From the NCBI RefSeq assembly GCF_009914755.1, contig NC_060925.1: 64,000 nucleotides of DNA. The stretch is one strand, 5' to 3'. This document shows, in pieces, positions 36,070 through 50,896 of this stretch. The stretch comes from the human T2T-CHM13v2.0 reference genome, Homo sapiens. The notes below the pieces were generated by a model, which had not been told where the DNA came from, did no database searches, and saw only the letters and a list, made by a program, of their open reading frames with translations. Made by a program: the position numbers and the translations under genes. Every line of letters begins with the position of its first letter. Positions within the stretch are counted from its first letter, which is position 1.

Positions 36070-36785
36070 TAGGCATTTATAAAACAGTAGGAACACTTAT
36101 ATAAAAAGACATTCAGTCTAACTCATAATAAGATGAATGCAATTTTAAATTACAATTAAACAACTTTTCTGACTTTTCAGATTGACAAGGTTCCAGAGGT
36201 TCAAAAACATACATTGTTGGAGAGGCTGCAAGGAGCAGACCTTTTTATGCATTGCTTATAGGAGTACAAAATAGCATACATTGGGTGAAAAAGCAAAACT
36301 TGTGTAAACTACACATTTATTTGTATTATGACCCAGTAATCGTATTTCTAAGAATTTATCCTGCAGATGTGTATACACACATACATGAAATTATGTATAT
36401 ACACAGAGTTGTTCACTGTAGTTCTGCTTTTTGTAATAGAAGACTGGAAGTGACCCAAGAGCACTTCAAAATGGGAGATTTGTTAAATCTCCCGTTTGTG
36501 AAACAAACAACGGAAAACCACAGAGATGTTTACCAAAATGAGGAGGCACCTTCTTCAGTGATATGGAAAGAGCTCCAGAGGGCATATAAGAATATTTATA
36601 TTTGCTTGTTTTTACATAAAGAAAAATGGAAAGACTGTAAGAAAACACTACTAAAAGTTGTTTCCTATTGTGAATATAGAGGCTGGCAAGGGGAAGAAAG
36701 GGGCAAATGGTCCTACAAGTTAAAGCAACACTCTTCTCTATATACCTTTTATGGATTATTTTGATTTTTTAATAATGTATATGTA
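36070..36785 (+). mobile_element. L1ME-type 3' fragment
   Basis: tatgacccagtaatcgtatttctaagaatttatcctgcag...gatatggaaagagctcc; source of the spurious 170-aa ORF. Confidence 0.7.
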
Positions 36786-36789
36786 TGGT

Positions 36790-37092
<303 letters not shown>

Positions 37093-37337
37093 AGATGTAC
37101 TGTCTATTGAAACAAATACATGAATTTTAAGAATGCATGTCAATACAGTGTTATATTCTGGTTTGCTCAAGAGAGTTTTAGTTAAATGCTTCTTGTCCCG
37201 GAATAACTACTAACAGTGCCCTGTTTCATTCTTAAAATTATTGGGGCTTCACTTGGATGATCAACTATATGAACATCCTAGATGATAGAACTTTAACTTT
37301 GATGCCTCTGCAGAGTTTGTGATTTTAATATTTGGGT

Positions 37338-37441
37338 AAGTATACATATATGTATATTATATGTATATGTCTCTCTGTGTGTATATATGTGCACACCTGT
37401 GTGTGTGTATGTATATACATATATACACATATATACATACA
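37338..37441. repeat. Alternating purine-pyrimidine (TA/TG/CA) low-complexity tract
   Basis: Directly visible. Confidence 0.85.
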
Positions 37442-37526
37442 GTTTCTACCCTTCTAGAGTGTTAAAACTGATGTCAACATAAAAGATAAGGCCAAAGAGT
37501 TGGGCCTTAGACAGGGTCTTAGACCT

Positions 37527-37887
37527 CATCTTACACAGTTTGAGCTGCTGTAACAAACTACCGCAGATTCGGTGGCTTATAAACAACAAAAATTTATTTT
37601 CACAGTTCTTGAGGCTTGAAAGTAGAAGATCAAGACATTGGCAGATTCAGTGTCTGTTGAGAGTCTGCTTCTCAGTTCAAAGATGGCTTTCTTCTTGTTA
37701 TAGCCACATGTGGTAGAAGGGGAGAGGGAACTCTCTAAGGTATCCTTTCTAACGGCACTAATCTCATTCATAAGGGTTCTGCCCTCATGACCTAATCAAC
37801 TTCCAAAGGCCTCACCTCTTAGTACCCCTTGGGGTTAGGTTTCAACCTATGAATGCTATAGGAACATAAATATTTACTCTATAGCAT
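37527..37887 (-). mobile_element. MLT1A-like MaLR solo LTR
   Basis: gctgctgtaacaaacta...gtggcttataaacaac...gcagattcagtgtctg...gcactaatctcattcat...gccctcatgacctaatca. Confidence 0.85.
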
Positions 37888-38966
37888 AACCTAATGTCTT
37901 ACATTGATGATTATTTCCCACTTCTTTTAACATCATAGAAAAAAAACTAAAGCAATAATATTTGTATGACACACTGAGGTATACAGAAAGGCTGCTTGTT
38001 GACAAATGCAAACTGACCAAGGGCTATAATTTTCTCAGGATCCACTTGGTCATTCAAAGGATGAGGGGCAAAGAGATCAGGTGTTTAGCACACCTGATAC
38101 ACCTGATACCTATATTTGTTGGGAAGCTCTGCCCTAAGGAAGATTAGAAGAAGGGACCCTAAAAGTTTGCAGAGAATAAATGATTGTGGAGTGAAAGAGA
38201 GGTAAGCCTGGAGCACTGAGATAATCTAAGAAAGGAAGATGACTCCTGGTGTGGTCACAGGAAGGGTGCTTAATCTCTGTCAACCTCATTTAATCCTTAG
38301 GAGTCCCTTCATTCATTCATTCATAAATGGATGAATATGCCAGGCAACATGAGGTATATGTTGCCATGAGTTGTTATATAACTACTTAAGTCTCCACGTA
38401 TATTGTAAGCTTCCCAGGCTCATTGCCCTATACAACCTCAACAATGTCAATTAATGTGAGCCAAGCAATTGCCAGTGATTTTGCTACCACAACCACCTCT
38501 TAATAAAAACAGGTTGAGATGACTGCAATGTAGGAAGACAGAAAGGGTAAGAAGAAAAGTAGGGTCCCAAAAGCTATATATTAGGTCCTAGAGTAAATTT
38601 TACAAGGGCCCAGAGATATACACAGGATGCTCCAGGGTCACTTTGGTCACTTGGGTCCAAAGTAAATGCCTGATTTGGAGCACTGCCAATTCTACTGATC
38701 CACATGAAAAAATGTGAGGTATATGTAAAACTAGGCATGAATTTCCATTGTAGAAATTGATGTGAAAAAAATTCAACTAATGTCTATCTTGTAGATAGTG
38801 TTTACTATTTTACATGCTTTACATGTTTATAATAATTATTTAACCCTCACAGGTATTCTCTGGAGAAGATCTTATTGGTGCCCTCAGTTTGCAGATGAAG
38901 AAACTAAGAAAAAGGAAGGTTTAAGTGCATTATTCATATCATGCCATTACGAATATGGTAAACATA

Positions 38967-39265
38967 GGCCGGGCACAGTGGCTCATGCCTGTAATCACAG
39001 CACTTTGGGAGGCCGAGGTGGGTAGATCACGAGGTCAGGAGATCGAGACCATCCTGGCTAACATGGTGAAACTCCAGCTCTACTAAAAATACAAAAAAAA
39101 ATTAGCTGGGTATGGTGGCGGGCACCTAAAGTCCCAGCTACTCAGGAGGCTGAGGCAGGAGAATGGTGTGAACCCAGGAGGTGGATCTTGCAGTGAGAGG
39201 AGATGGCACCACTGCACTCCAGCCTGGGTGACAGAGTGAGACACCATCTCAAAAAAAAAAAAAAA
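38967..39265 (+). mobile_element. AluY
   Basis: Full dimer with poly(A); TSD gaatatggtaa(a/c)cata. Confidence 0.95.
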
Positions 39266-39501
39266 GAATATGGTAACCATAATGATTGAAACCAAAGAGC
39301 CAAGCATTAAAACCTCTTTTCTATACATCCTGTCTCTGGAATAATAAGACTTTCTATTATTCATGAGCACCTCTTAAGTGTCAGGAGCAGTGTTAATCAC
39401 TTTGTATGTTTTGTTTCCTTTAAGCCTTAGAGAACTGTGGAGATCATAATATTTTTAAACATAAGGAAAGAGATGGTCAAAGAGAGATAAATTTTTTGCC
39501 C

Positions 39502-39803
39502 AGGCTGGGAGCAGTGACTTACACCTGTAATCCCAGCACTTCAGGAGGCTGAGGCAGGCAGATGCTTAAGTCTACGAGTTCCAGACAGCCTGGGCAACAA
39601 AGCAAGACCCTGTCCTTATGAAAAATTTAAAAATTAGCCAAGTGTGGTGGCACATGCCTGCAGTTCCAGCTACTTGGGAGGCTGAGGCAGGAGAATGGCT
39701 TGAGCCCAGAAGGGCAAGGCTTCAGTGAGCCGAGATGTGCCCTTGCACTCCAGCCTGGGTGACAGAGCCAGATCCTGTCTCAAAAAACAAAAACAAACAA
39801 ACA
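39502..39803 (+). mobile_element. AluJ
   Basis: Diverged dimer (agcctgggcaacaaagcaagaccctgtc; ttgagcccagaag) with an A/C-rich tail. Confidence 0.92.
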
Positions 39804-41989
39804 AAATTGTCCAGAATTACATAACCAAAAAGTGGCAACACTTGAATTTGGACCAACACCTTCCCATCTCTGCTCTGGATATTTGGATCTTACCCGTATG
39901 GGCCTAGTTCAGATCCTACTTTCTTTAAGAAGCGTTGTAATCATAGGATCAAAACTCCCTAAGATGGAAGGGATGTAAGCAGTCATCCACTGCCAGTGTC
40001 TCATTTTGCAGACAAAGAGAACGCGGCTGAGAAAGTCTCACCACAGTCACTCAGTCTGCTGGAGTGAATCTAGGGTTGAATTTATATTTTCTTAGAGCAA
40101 GTTCAGTAACATTTTTATATTCATTATGTAAAAATTGGGATAATCCTCTCTTAGAATGAAGAAACAAATTAAAGCTTATAAAGGTATGAAAAGGGTCAAA
40201 GAGTACGAAGGTTTTCAGAAAACAGCTTATAGTTGCTGACATAAACCAGAAATATAAGAAGCAAAAATTGGTTATTGATCAAATATATGATAACTTTTAA
40301 GAAGCAATTTTATAAAAGGAATTCAAGACTCAACTCCGTGACCTGCCTCTGCCAAGTTCTAGTTTGCCTTAGCTATTTGCCTTAGCTACTAATGAGCTGT
40401 GTGTCTTTTGGCAGGTCACGTTACCTCCTTGGCCCTCAATTCACTCATCAGAAAAATGAGAACGTTGAACTAAATCATCTCAGAAGAGAAACTGCTGGGA
40501 GAGCCAGGGGAGAAAAGAGGGCATAGGAAATAGCCAGAGCTTCAATTCCCCATTTATGCTATTTTAGTTTGTTTTCTGTGTTGTATTTACCTGCTTTATA
40601 TATTAATTTTCTAGTGCTGCTTTTTGGCTTGTTCAAAAATATGGGATCAGATTATTTCCAGGGTGTTGTCTTTGATCTCTCTGCAAAACTGAGTGTGCTC
40701 CTTGCTAGTGCTGTACAGCAATTGTTGAAGTAATGAGAAGGAAGAGAGAACACCCATGGTTCCAGGAGACATGCCTACCTGTGGAAGGCATAGGCATGGG
40801 TGTAATCTGAAAAGGAAAATACAGTCTAGTGCCCCCAAGGAAAGAGGCAGCAACACTAGGACCTCAGGCACCTGGGCTGAGGCCCAGAAGCAAAGGCTGG
40901 ATAATGGCATAACTTAAAAACTCCTTCTAATGCTGAGGGGCAGAGAATGGGGGAAACTGGGGCAGGTTCTGAGACCCTTGTTATATTAAAGAGTGTTTTG
41001 TTTCTGCTATAACTCAGACCTTAGATATTTCAGGAGACTAAGGATGCGTCCTTTAATAGATCCAGGTGTCTCAGGTCAGTGAAAGTAAAACCAGAGTGAT
41101 GATGAAACTTTAACATTTTCTGAATCTATTATCTTTAATTGGGTCTTCCATTTATTTATATACCCCCTAGATACTTTCCTCTTTATCCACTCTGGACTAT
41201 TACTAAATACCAAACCATCTCCCTACTTTCTTTATATTTCTTTGTCCAGAATGTCCTCCTTCTACACCACTCACCTATGCATGAACACCAGACTCATGAT
41301 TTCTTTTCTGTCATACTGGACTAGACACATAGCCTTTCTGAGCCTCAGTTTCCTTTATACATTTATATAGCCACCTTAGTGGTCACTCAATAGTTTTACT
41401 GGTATTCTACTAACGTTGGCAGTGGTCAACAAATAGGTATTAAATTAACTTGCTGAGGGTTGGTCTGAATGGGATTTAAAAAAGGGTCAATTTTCAGTGT
41501 CACTTCACCTGATCTTAATGAGAAGGGTTAGAAATCCCCCTATTGATGTAGTCAGTCTCTGTTCTGAATAAGCCAGGAACAGAGTAAGCTCATGCTCAAG
41601 AAGTAGGAGCTTGCTTGAGTGGGGAGGCACTCTAAAATATGAAAGAGCTTGATGAGCTCTGAAAAGCTGTAGCAATGTGTAGAGTCTGTACAAATTCTGT
41701 ACATGGAGAGGAGAGATCAGAAGGCATGGGTACCTCTGCTCAGAGGCCCAACAATATGCAATGCGCCTGGGAATCTTTGAGCAATGTGTACAAAACAGGT
41801 CTTAAACATTTCCTTATCAGTTTGATCTGAGGCAGTTGCATTGAACTTCCCTATCCTTACCCAGTCTAGATTTTTTGCTTCCTCTTCCCTTTAGCCAAAC
41901 AGTGGAGCCTTGGACCCATTGCTGAACTACCACTGTTATACATGGCCTATTTGGAGGACATGGGTACCTCAGTATCTCATAAAGAACAT

Positions 41990-42400
41990 GAGAGCTAGAC
42001 TTATCCAATGAGGCAAATCCTCCCACAAAACTTTTCTCCTAAGCAACTCAGGGGAATAGAACAAAGTGCTAACAAGTTTTGCTAAGGAGAAGGAAAACAA
42101 GCTGCTTAATTGAGCTGGGGAAGCTGGGGGAGAAGCAAGGGAACAGTTCCCAGGAGGGAGCTGGTGCCAGCTCAATGATTCACAGCCACAACTTCTGTAA
42201 TTATCAACATTTTCTCTTCAGAGACCACCCCCTCCATGAGTTGTGGAGCAGGGAGCTTTGGGGAGGCTCCAGTTTTCTCCTCTTTCTCGCTCAATTAATG
42301 CTAATTGGGAACATGGGAATGTAGATCAGGATGTCAAAGAAATAGCTCTAAAATACAGTCCAGCTAGGAGTCCCTTCCCCAGGCCTGATTAGGAGGCTTT
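41990..42400. promoter_or_regulatory. Candidate OR-cluster enhancer (Lhx2 and EBF motif cluster)
   Basis: Homeodomain cores TAATTG at 42107-42112, CAATTA at 42292-42297, CTAATTGG at 42301-42308 and TGATTA at 42386-42391. EBF-like sites ACTCAGGGGA at 42046, TTCCCAGGAG at 42147, GAACATGGGA at 42309 and TCCCCAGGCC at 42376. Motif-based only. Confidence 0.45.
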
Positions 42401-42958
42401 GCCTGAACCACACAGAAGGGCATCATTTCCTACATTCACAGGAGTCACTGTGGAGATGTAGATTGGAAGTCAGGAGGCCTGACTTTTAATCCAGGCTCTG
42501 CTACTAACCAGCTCTTGCACAAAGTGGGTCACACACATTCCTTGACCTTCATACATTTTAAAGTTTTTTTTGAACTATGATAAATGATGTTTTTCATTTT
42601 GATACCAGGGTAAAAGCATCAAGAGAAGCAGGTCAAGTTAGTTGCTTGACTCCTTCTTTAAAGGAAAACAAAACAATCCCACACACAAAAAGAGGAATGT
42701 ATACCACGGGAGTTCCAAAAAAAGGTGTTGCCATACTTGTTTGTTCTTTCAGAGCATTTTTTAAAGTGTCATTTCCTTTTTAGGAAAAAAAAGCAGTCAG
42801 CTTATCTGCCTGTCTGCACATCTCAGCTTATCTGCACACCCATCCACATATACATAGTACTGTTTCTCATGACTCACTCTCAGACACTACTAAAAGACAA
42901 AACCACAAGCACAATTTTCAGTGTTGTTTATAATAGAACATACAGTCAAAAAACTTTG

Positions 42959-43447
42959 CGCCGAGTTCAGCTCGGTCAGGGAGACCCTAACCCAGCAGCA
43001 CTAGAGGAATTAAAGACACACACACAGAAATATAGAGTGTGGAATGGGAAATCAGGGGTCTCACAGCCTTCAGAGCTGACAGCCATGAACAGAGATTTAC
43101 CCACATATTTATTGACAGCAAGCCAGTCATAAGATTTGCTAAAAATATTCCTTATGGGAAATAAAGGGATTGGCTGAAATAAAGGGATGGGCTCTGGCTA
43201 GTTATCTGTAGCATGAACATGTCCTTAAGGCACAGATCACTCATGCTATTGTTTGTGGCTTAAGAACTCCTTAAGCAGTTTTCCTCCCTGGGTGGAACAG
43301 GTGTTCCTTGCCCTCATTCCGGTAAACCAACAACCTTCCAGCGTGGGCGTCAAGGCCATCATGAGCATGTCACAGTGCTGCAGAGATTTTGTTTATGGCC
43401 AGTTTGGGGGCCAGTTTATGGCCAGATTTTGGGGACTATTCCCAACA
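42959..43447 (-). mobile_element. MER9 solo LTR (HERV-K HML-3 / HERVK9)
   Basis: Minus strand starts tgttgggaatagtccccaaaatctggccataaactggcccccaaactggccataaacaaaatctctgcagcactgtgacatg; 6-bp TSD actttg at 42953-42958 and 43448-43453. Confidence 0.92.
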
Positions 43448-44234
43448 ACTTTGAGTTTTAATTCCAATTCCATAAATCATCATTGTAAATTGTAGGGCAA
43501 TGTAGCTAACCCTTTTTTGCCTCATTTGCAAAACTGAAAATAATACTTAATTGTAAGGTTGTTGGAAGAATTAAGTAAGATAATTTAAGTTGGCATATAG
43601 TAGGTGCGTAAGAAATAAAATCCAAATTTGTTGATTCCTATTATTGTTAGCATCATAGTTACACATATCATGCCTAATAGAACACAAAGACATGACTCCT
43701 AAATCCATAAGTATATCATTCCATTAAGAAGTTCAACAAAGGGCTAAAATCCCAAACAGTTTTTATTTGTGTGGAGTAAGAGTGCCCCTTCAGAAGTCCT
43801 GCAATTACTTATAGACCAAACTGCTTAAAAGTGGACAAAGCCACTTCTGAAACTTCCCTAGAGTCAATTCTCTTTGAGGATATAAACTTCATTTCCAACA
43901 AGGGCAAGGAGACCTCGGTGCTGTTTTGGCCATGGCCTGGAAAAAAAACCCAGCTAGAGATAATAAAATGTTTCAACGTATGCATACCAGCCTTCAGAAG
44001 TTATTGGGAAGAATCAGGGGATATGAAAAAGAACTGTGATTAAAGTCTGGCATAGAGAAGAAGTTCAATGAATACAAGTTCCTGTCTACTTTTAGCAGTA
44101 GCCAGACTACTAAAATCCTATCACAGGGCGATCACTTTTGATCTCACTAACAGGGCTGCTTACAAGCTCTAGTCTTCCTGGATGTTTTATGGCAAAGAAA
44201 TCTTGTTATCTTTAAATTCCAAAACATCTTCTTT

Positions 44235-45160
44235 TTTGTTTAATATACTTTGTTTTTCAGAGCAGTTTTAGATTTACAGCAAAATTGAATGGAAATTACA
44301 GTTTCTATATGCCCCTCACCCCACACATGCACTACCTCCCTCATCATCAACATACCCCACCAGAGGGGTACATTTGTTACAATCAATGAACATGTGTCCA
44401 ATACTGACACACTTTTACTACCCAGTCTGCAATTTATATTAAGGTTCACTCTTGCTATCACACATTCAATACATTTACACAAATGAAAAATGACATGTAT
44501 CCACCATTATAGTATCATATAGAGTAGTTTCGCTGCCCTAAAAAATACTGTTCTCTATTAACTCCTTTTCTTCTCACAACCCCATGGCAACCACTGATTT
44601 TATTCTTTCTATACTTTTGTCATTTTAGAATTATACAGTAAGTATCCTTTTCAGATTAGCTTCTTTCATTTAATAAGGTTTCTCCATATCTTCTTATGGC
44701 TTAATGTCTCATTTCTTCTAGGGTTGAATAGTATTCCACTGTCTGGATATACCACAGTTTATTGATCCACTCACCTGCTGAAGGACATTTAATTGCTTCT
44801 GAGTGTTGGCAATTATGAGTAAAGAGGCTATAATCATGTCTGAAGGCTTCTTGTGTGGACATAAGTTTTCAACTCCTTTGGGTAAATACCACAGAGAACA
44901 AGTACTGGAATGTATGAGTATTTTTAGTTTTCTAAGAAACTGTCAAACTGTCTTCCAAACTGGCTGTACCATTTTGCAATTCCACCAGCAATTGATAAGA
45001 GTTCCGTTACTCCACATCATCACCAGCATTTGGTATTGTCAGCATTTTGGATTTTAGCTACTCTAATAAATGTGTAGTGGTATCTCATTATTCTTCATTT
45101 GCAATTCCCTGTGAATATATGATGTTGAGCATCTTTTCATATGCTTATTTGTCATTTTAT
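44235..45160 (-). mobile_element. L1MB/L1MC-type 3' end
   Basis: agagcagttttagatttacagcaaaattga...catttgttacaatcaatgaac...aaactgtcttccaaactggctgtaccattttgc. Confidence 0.85.
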
Positions 45161-45204
45161 TGTAGATGTACTTTATCAGGTTGATGAAGATCCCCTCTAT
45201 TAAG

Positions 45205-47670
45205 GCAACTTCTTTGAAGTCAGGTAATTTGATGCTTCCAGCTTTATTCTTTTTGATTAAGTTTACCTTGGCTATTTGGGCTCTTTTTTGGTTCCATATG
45301 AATTCTAAAATAGTTTTTCTAGTTCTGTGAAGAGTGTCATAGGTCATTTGATAGGAATAATATTGAATTTGTAACTTGCTTTAGGCAGTATTGCAATTTT
45401 AATGTATTGATTATTTCTATCCATGAGCATGAAATGTTTTTCCATGTGTTTGTGTCATCTCTGATTTATTTGAGTAGTGCTTTGTAATTCATATTGTAGG
45501 GATCTTTCACTTCCCTGGTTCACTGTATTTCTAGGTATTTTATTCTTTTTGTGACAATTGTGAATGAGGTTGTGTTCTTGATTTGGCTCTCACCTTGGTT
45601 GTTGTTGGTATACAGGTATGCTACTGATTTTCCTACATTGAGTTTGTATACTGAAATTTTTCTGAAGTTGCTTATCAGATTGAGGAGCTTATAGGCAAAG
45701 ACAAAGACTGTGTGGTTCTCTACGTATACAATCATGCTTTCTGCAAACAGAGATAGTTTGACTTACCCTCTTCCTATTTGGATGCCCTTTATTAGTTTCT
45801 CTTGCCCGATTGTTCTGGCCAGGACTTCTAGGACTACGTCAAATAGGAGTGGTGAGAGAGGGCATTCTTTTCTTGTTTTGGTTTTCAAAGGGAATGCTTC
45901 CAGCCTTTGTCCATTTGGTATAATGTTGGCTGTGGGTTTCTCATAGAAGGCTCTTTTTATGTTGAGGTATGTTCCTTCAATGCCTAGTTTGTTGAGGACT
46001 CTTAATATGAACAGATGCTGAATTTTATCAAAAACTCTTTCTTCATCTATTGAGATAATCATGTGGGCTTTGTTTTTAGCTGTTTTTATGTGATGAATCA
46101 TATTTATTGATTTGGGTATGTTGAACCAACCTTGCATCCCAGGGATAAATCACACTTGGTCATGGTGGACTAGTGTTTTGATTTGATGCTGGATTTAATT
46201 TGCTAGTATTTTGGTGAGGATTTTTGCATCTATGTTCATTAAGAATATTGGCCTGAATATTTCTTTTTTGTTGCATCTCTGCCAGGTTTTAGTATCAGGA
46301 TGATTCTGGCCTCACAGAATGAGTTGGGGCAGAGTCCTTCCTCCTCAATTTTTTTGAAATAATTTCAATAGAAATGGTACCAACTCTTCTTTATATATCT
46401 GGCAGAATTGAGCTGTAAATCTGTCTGGTCTGAGGCTTTTTTTGCTTGGTAGGCTTTTTATTACTGATTCAATTTCAGAACTCATTATTGGTCTGTTCAG
46501 GGATTCGATTTCTTCCTGGTTAAATTTTGGGAGGTTGTATGTGTCCAGGAATTTACCTATTTCTTCTAGGTTTTCTAGTTTGTGTGCATAAGGCTGTTCA
46601 TAGTAGTCTCTAAGGATTTTTTATATTTTTGTGGGCTATTGATTATGGCACCTTTGGCATTTCTGATTGTGCTTATTTGGATCGTCTCTCTCTTTTTTTC
46701 TTTATTGATCTAGCTAGCAATCTATCTACATTATTTATTTCAAAAAAAAAACAGCTCTTGGATTCATTGATCTTTCATATGGTTTTTTGTGTATCAGTTT
46801 CCTTTAATCCAGCTCTGATTTTGGTTATTTCTTGTTTTCTACTAGCGTTCAGTTTGGTTTGTTCTTGTTTCTCTAGTTCCTTTAGTTTTGATATTAAGTT
46901 GTTATTCTGAGATGTTTTGACTTTTGATGAGGGCATTTAGTGCTATAAACTTCCCTTTTAACAGTGCCTTAGCTTTGTCCCAGAGATTCTGATATGTTTT
47001 ATCTTTGTTCCAATTCATTTTAAGGAATTTCTCAATTTCTACCTTAATTTCACTATTTATCCAAAGGTCAATCAGGAGCAAGTTGCTTAACTTCCATGTA
47101 ATTGTATGACTTTCAGAAATTTTCTTGGTATTGATTTTTTTTTAATTGTGTTATGGTCCAAGAGTGTGGTTGATATGTGATATGGTTTGGCTGTGTCCCT
47201 ACCCAAATTTCATCTTGAATTCCCATGTGTTGTGGGAACTGGTACAAGGTAATTGAATCATGGGGTCTTGTCTTTCCCGTGCTGTTCTCATGATAATGAG
47301 TAAGTATCATGAGATCTGATGGTTTTATAAGGGGGAGTTTCTCTGCACAAGCTCTCTTTTTGCCTGCTACCATCCATGTAAGATGTGACTTGCTCCTCCT
47401 AGCCTTCCACCGTGATTGTGAGGCCTCCCCAGCCACGTGGAACTGTAAGTCCAATAAACCTTTTTTTCTGTATAAATTACCCAGTCTTGGGTATGTCTTT
47501 ATTAGCAGCATGAAAACGGGCTAATACAATATGATTTTGGTTTCTTTGAATTTGCTGAGGATTGTTTCATGTTCAGTTGTGCGTTTGATTTTAGAGTATG
47601 TGCCATGTGGTGATGAAAAGAACTCTGTTGTTTTTGGGTGGAAAGTTATGTAGATTTTCTTCTAGGCCCA
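45205..47670 (-). mobile_element. Older L1PA ORF2 segment, inverted 5' arm
   Basis: Track peptides [17 protein letters not shown]...[30 protein letters not shown] (L1 RT); contains a nested THE1A LTR. Confidence 0.9.
47178..47528 (+). mobile_element. THE1A solo LTR
   Basis: TGATATGGTTTGG...CTAATACA; 5-bp TSD atatg at 47173-47177 and 47529-47533; catccatgtaagatgtgacttgctcctcc is THE1A-type. Confidence 0.93.
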
Positions 47671-47675
47671 TTTGA

Positions 47676-49375
<1,700 letters not shown>

Positions 49376-50896
49376 TTAAAAACATACTTTTTATTAACAG
49401 AAATTAATATGATTAAAGATGGAAACTTTAAAAGAAATGACTATATTTTATTTGGTTTGATAATTAAGAAAAGAGAGAAATAAAAATGAAAGCTCGATTT
49501 TAATTATTCAATTTAGGTGAATTTTCTGCATGCTCGATTGTATTTAGTTTAGTTCAACCAACATTTATTGATCATCTTAATTTATGTCAGGAAATTGATG
49601 ACACAAAGAAGATAAATAATTAATGATGACTCTAGTCACTGATGTTTCAATACAGAGGGGGTACACAAACAAGTGAAAAGAAAATTTTAATGAAATGCAG
49701 TAAATGCTAAGACATAGGAACGTGTAGAGTATTACAGAGGCACCCAAAGGTGACCTGTGATAGGTATGGATAGTTTCCAAAGGAAGAGTGAGCTTTAATA
49801 TAATCATTTGAAGAAAATGTGGACAGCAGAGTAGAAAATGTATGAGGGGAATTTCAGGATGAGAGAAGATGATTAAATCTATTAAGTCATGAAATAACAA
49901 TATGTGTGAAATAACATTATGTGTTAGAGATATGGAGAAATTAAACTGTCAGTTGGTATAGTAGGACAAGCAGAGAAAAGACAGAGACTAGCAAGAAATG
50001 AGGCTAGAGAAATAAAGATATACCAGGTTATGAAGGTCCTTGAGTACCAAACAAAGAATCACTTTATCCAATGAGCAATGCATGTAATGCTGGAGAATTT
50101 AAAGAAGTGAAATTAAGTGATCAATGAGCTAGTTAGAATAGTTTCAGCCTCAGGCAACATAAATTCTTAAGTTAAATGATTTAAAAAGTAGGAAATTTAC
50201 AAGAAGATTTTTTGTTTGGGGAGAGAAGAGGGATGCTAGTTAATTCATTGATTCAATAATATCTTCCATGAAACATTTCTTCCACTGCACTCAATTCAAT
50301 TGCCTCAGCTCATTCCAAATGAAAACACAAGGATAGTTGGAACAAATAACAAGCTATTTCTTCTAGCTCATGTCCTTTGCCTAGCAAAGAAAATTTTTTT
50401 TAGATATTTTCCTACTGCAGGCTTCTATTTAGACACCAGTGGCTAAAACTGGGTCACATGTCTATTTTTAATCAACTGCTTAAAAAGGACTTAGTCTCCC
50501 TGATTGACTTAAGTAAATAATCATCCATTTCCTGGAGCTGAAAAACACCAGCATTCCACAAATATTTTGATAACTAATACTTGAGATGGAAGGGAGCATT
50601 GTGTGAGCAAAATATAAACAGACAATCACAGAATATGCTATCATCTATTTTTTGCAATATACTTCTTGAAATGCTGCAGGGTAGATTTTAGAACTTCAGG
50701 CTGGAAGAAAGGAGGTGAGTTAGAACAGTAATGATCCTAGCAAGAGATAGTGAGAACTTGAACCAGAAAAGTGGGAAATAAATATTTGGGAAATATTTAT
50801 GAGATAAAATCATTATTTGAGTCAGCAGTTTGTGCGTTGTCTGGTGGAGAACCAACAGAGGGTATCGCTACAAAAGTTAGTTTCTAAAAAAGGGCA

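Noticed and set aside
36252-36764. 170-aa ORF
   Set aside because: Lies in a decayed L1ME 3' fragment (YDPVIVFLRIYP is L1 ORF2-like); chance open frame.
42725-43495. 135-aa and 80-aa ORFs
   Set aside because: They run into the MER9 solo LTR; no retroviral coding sequence is present.
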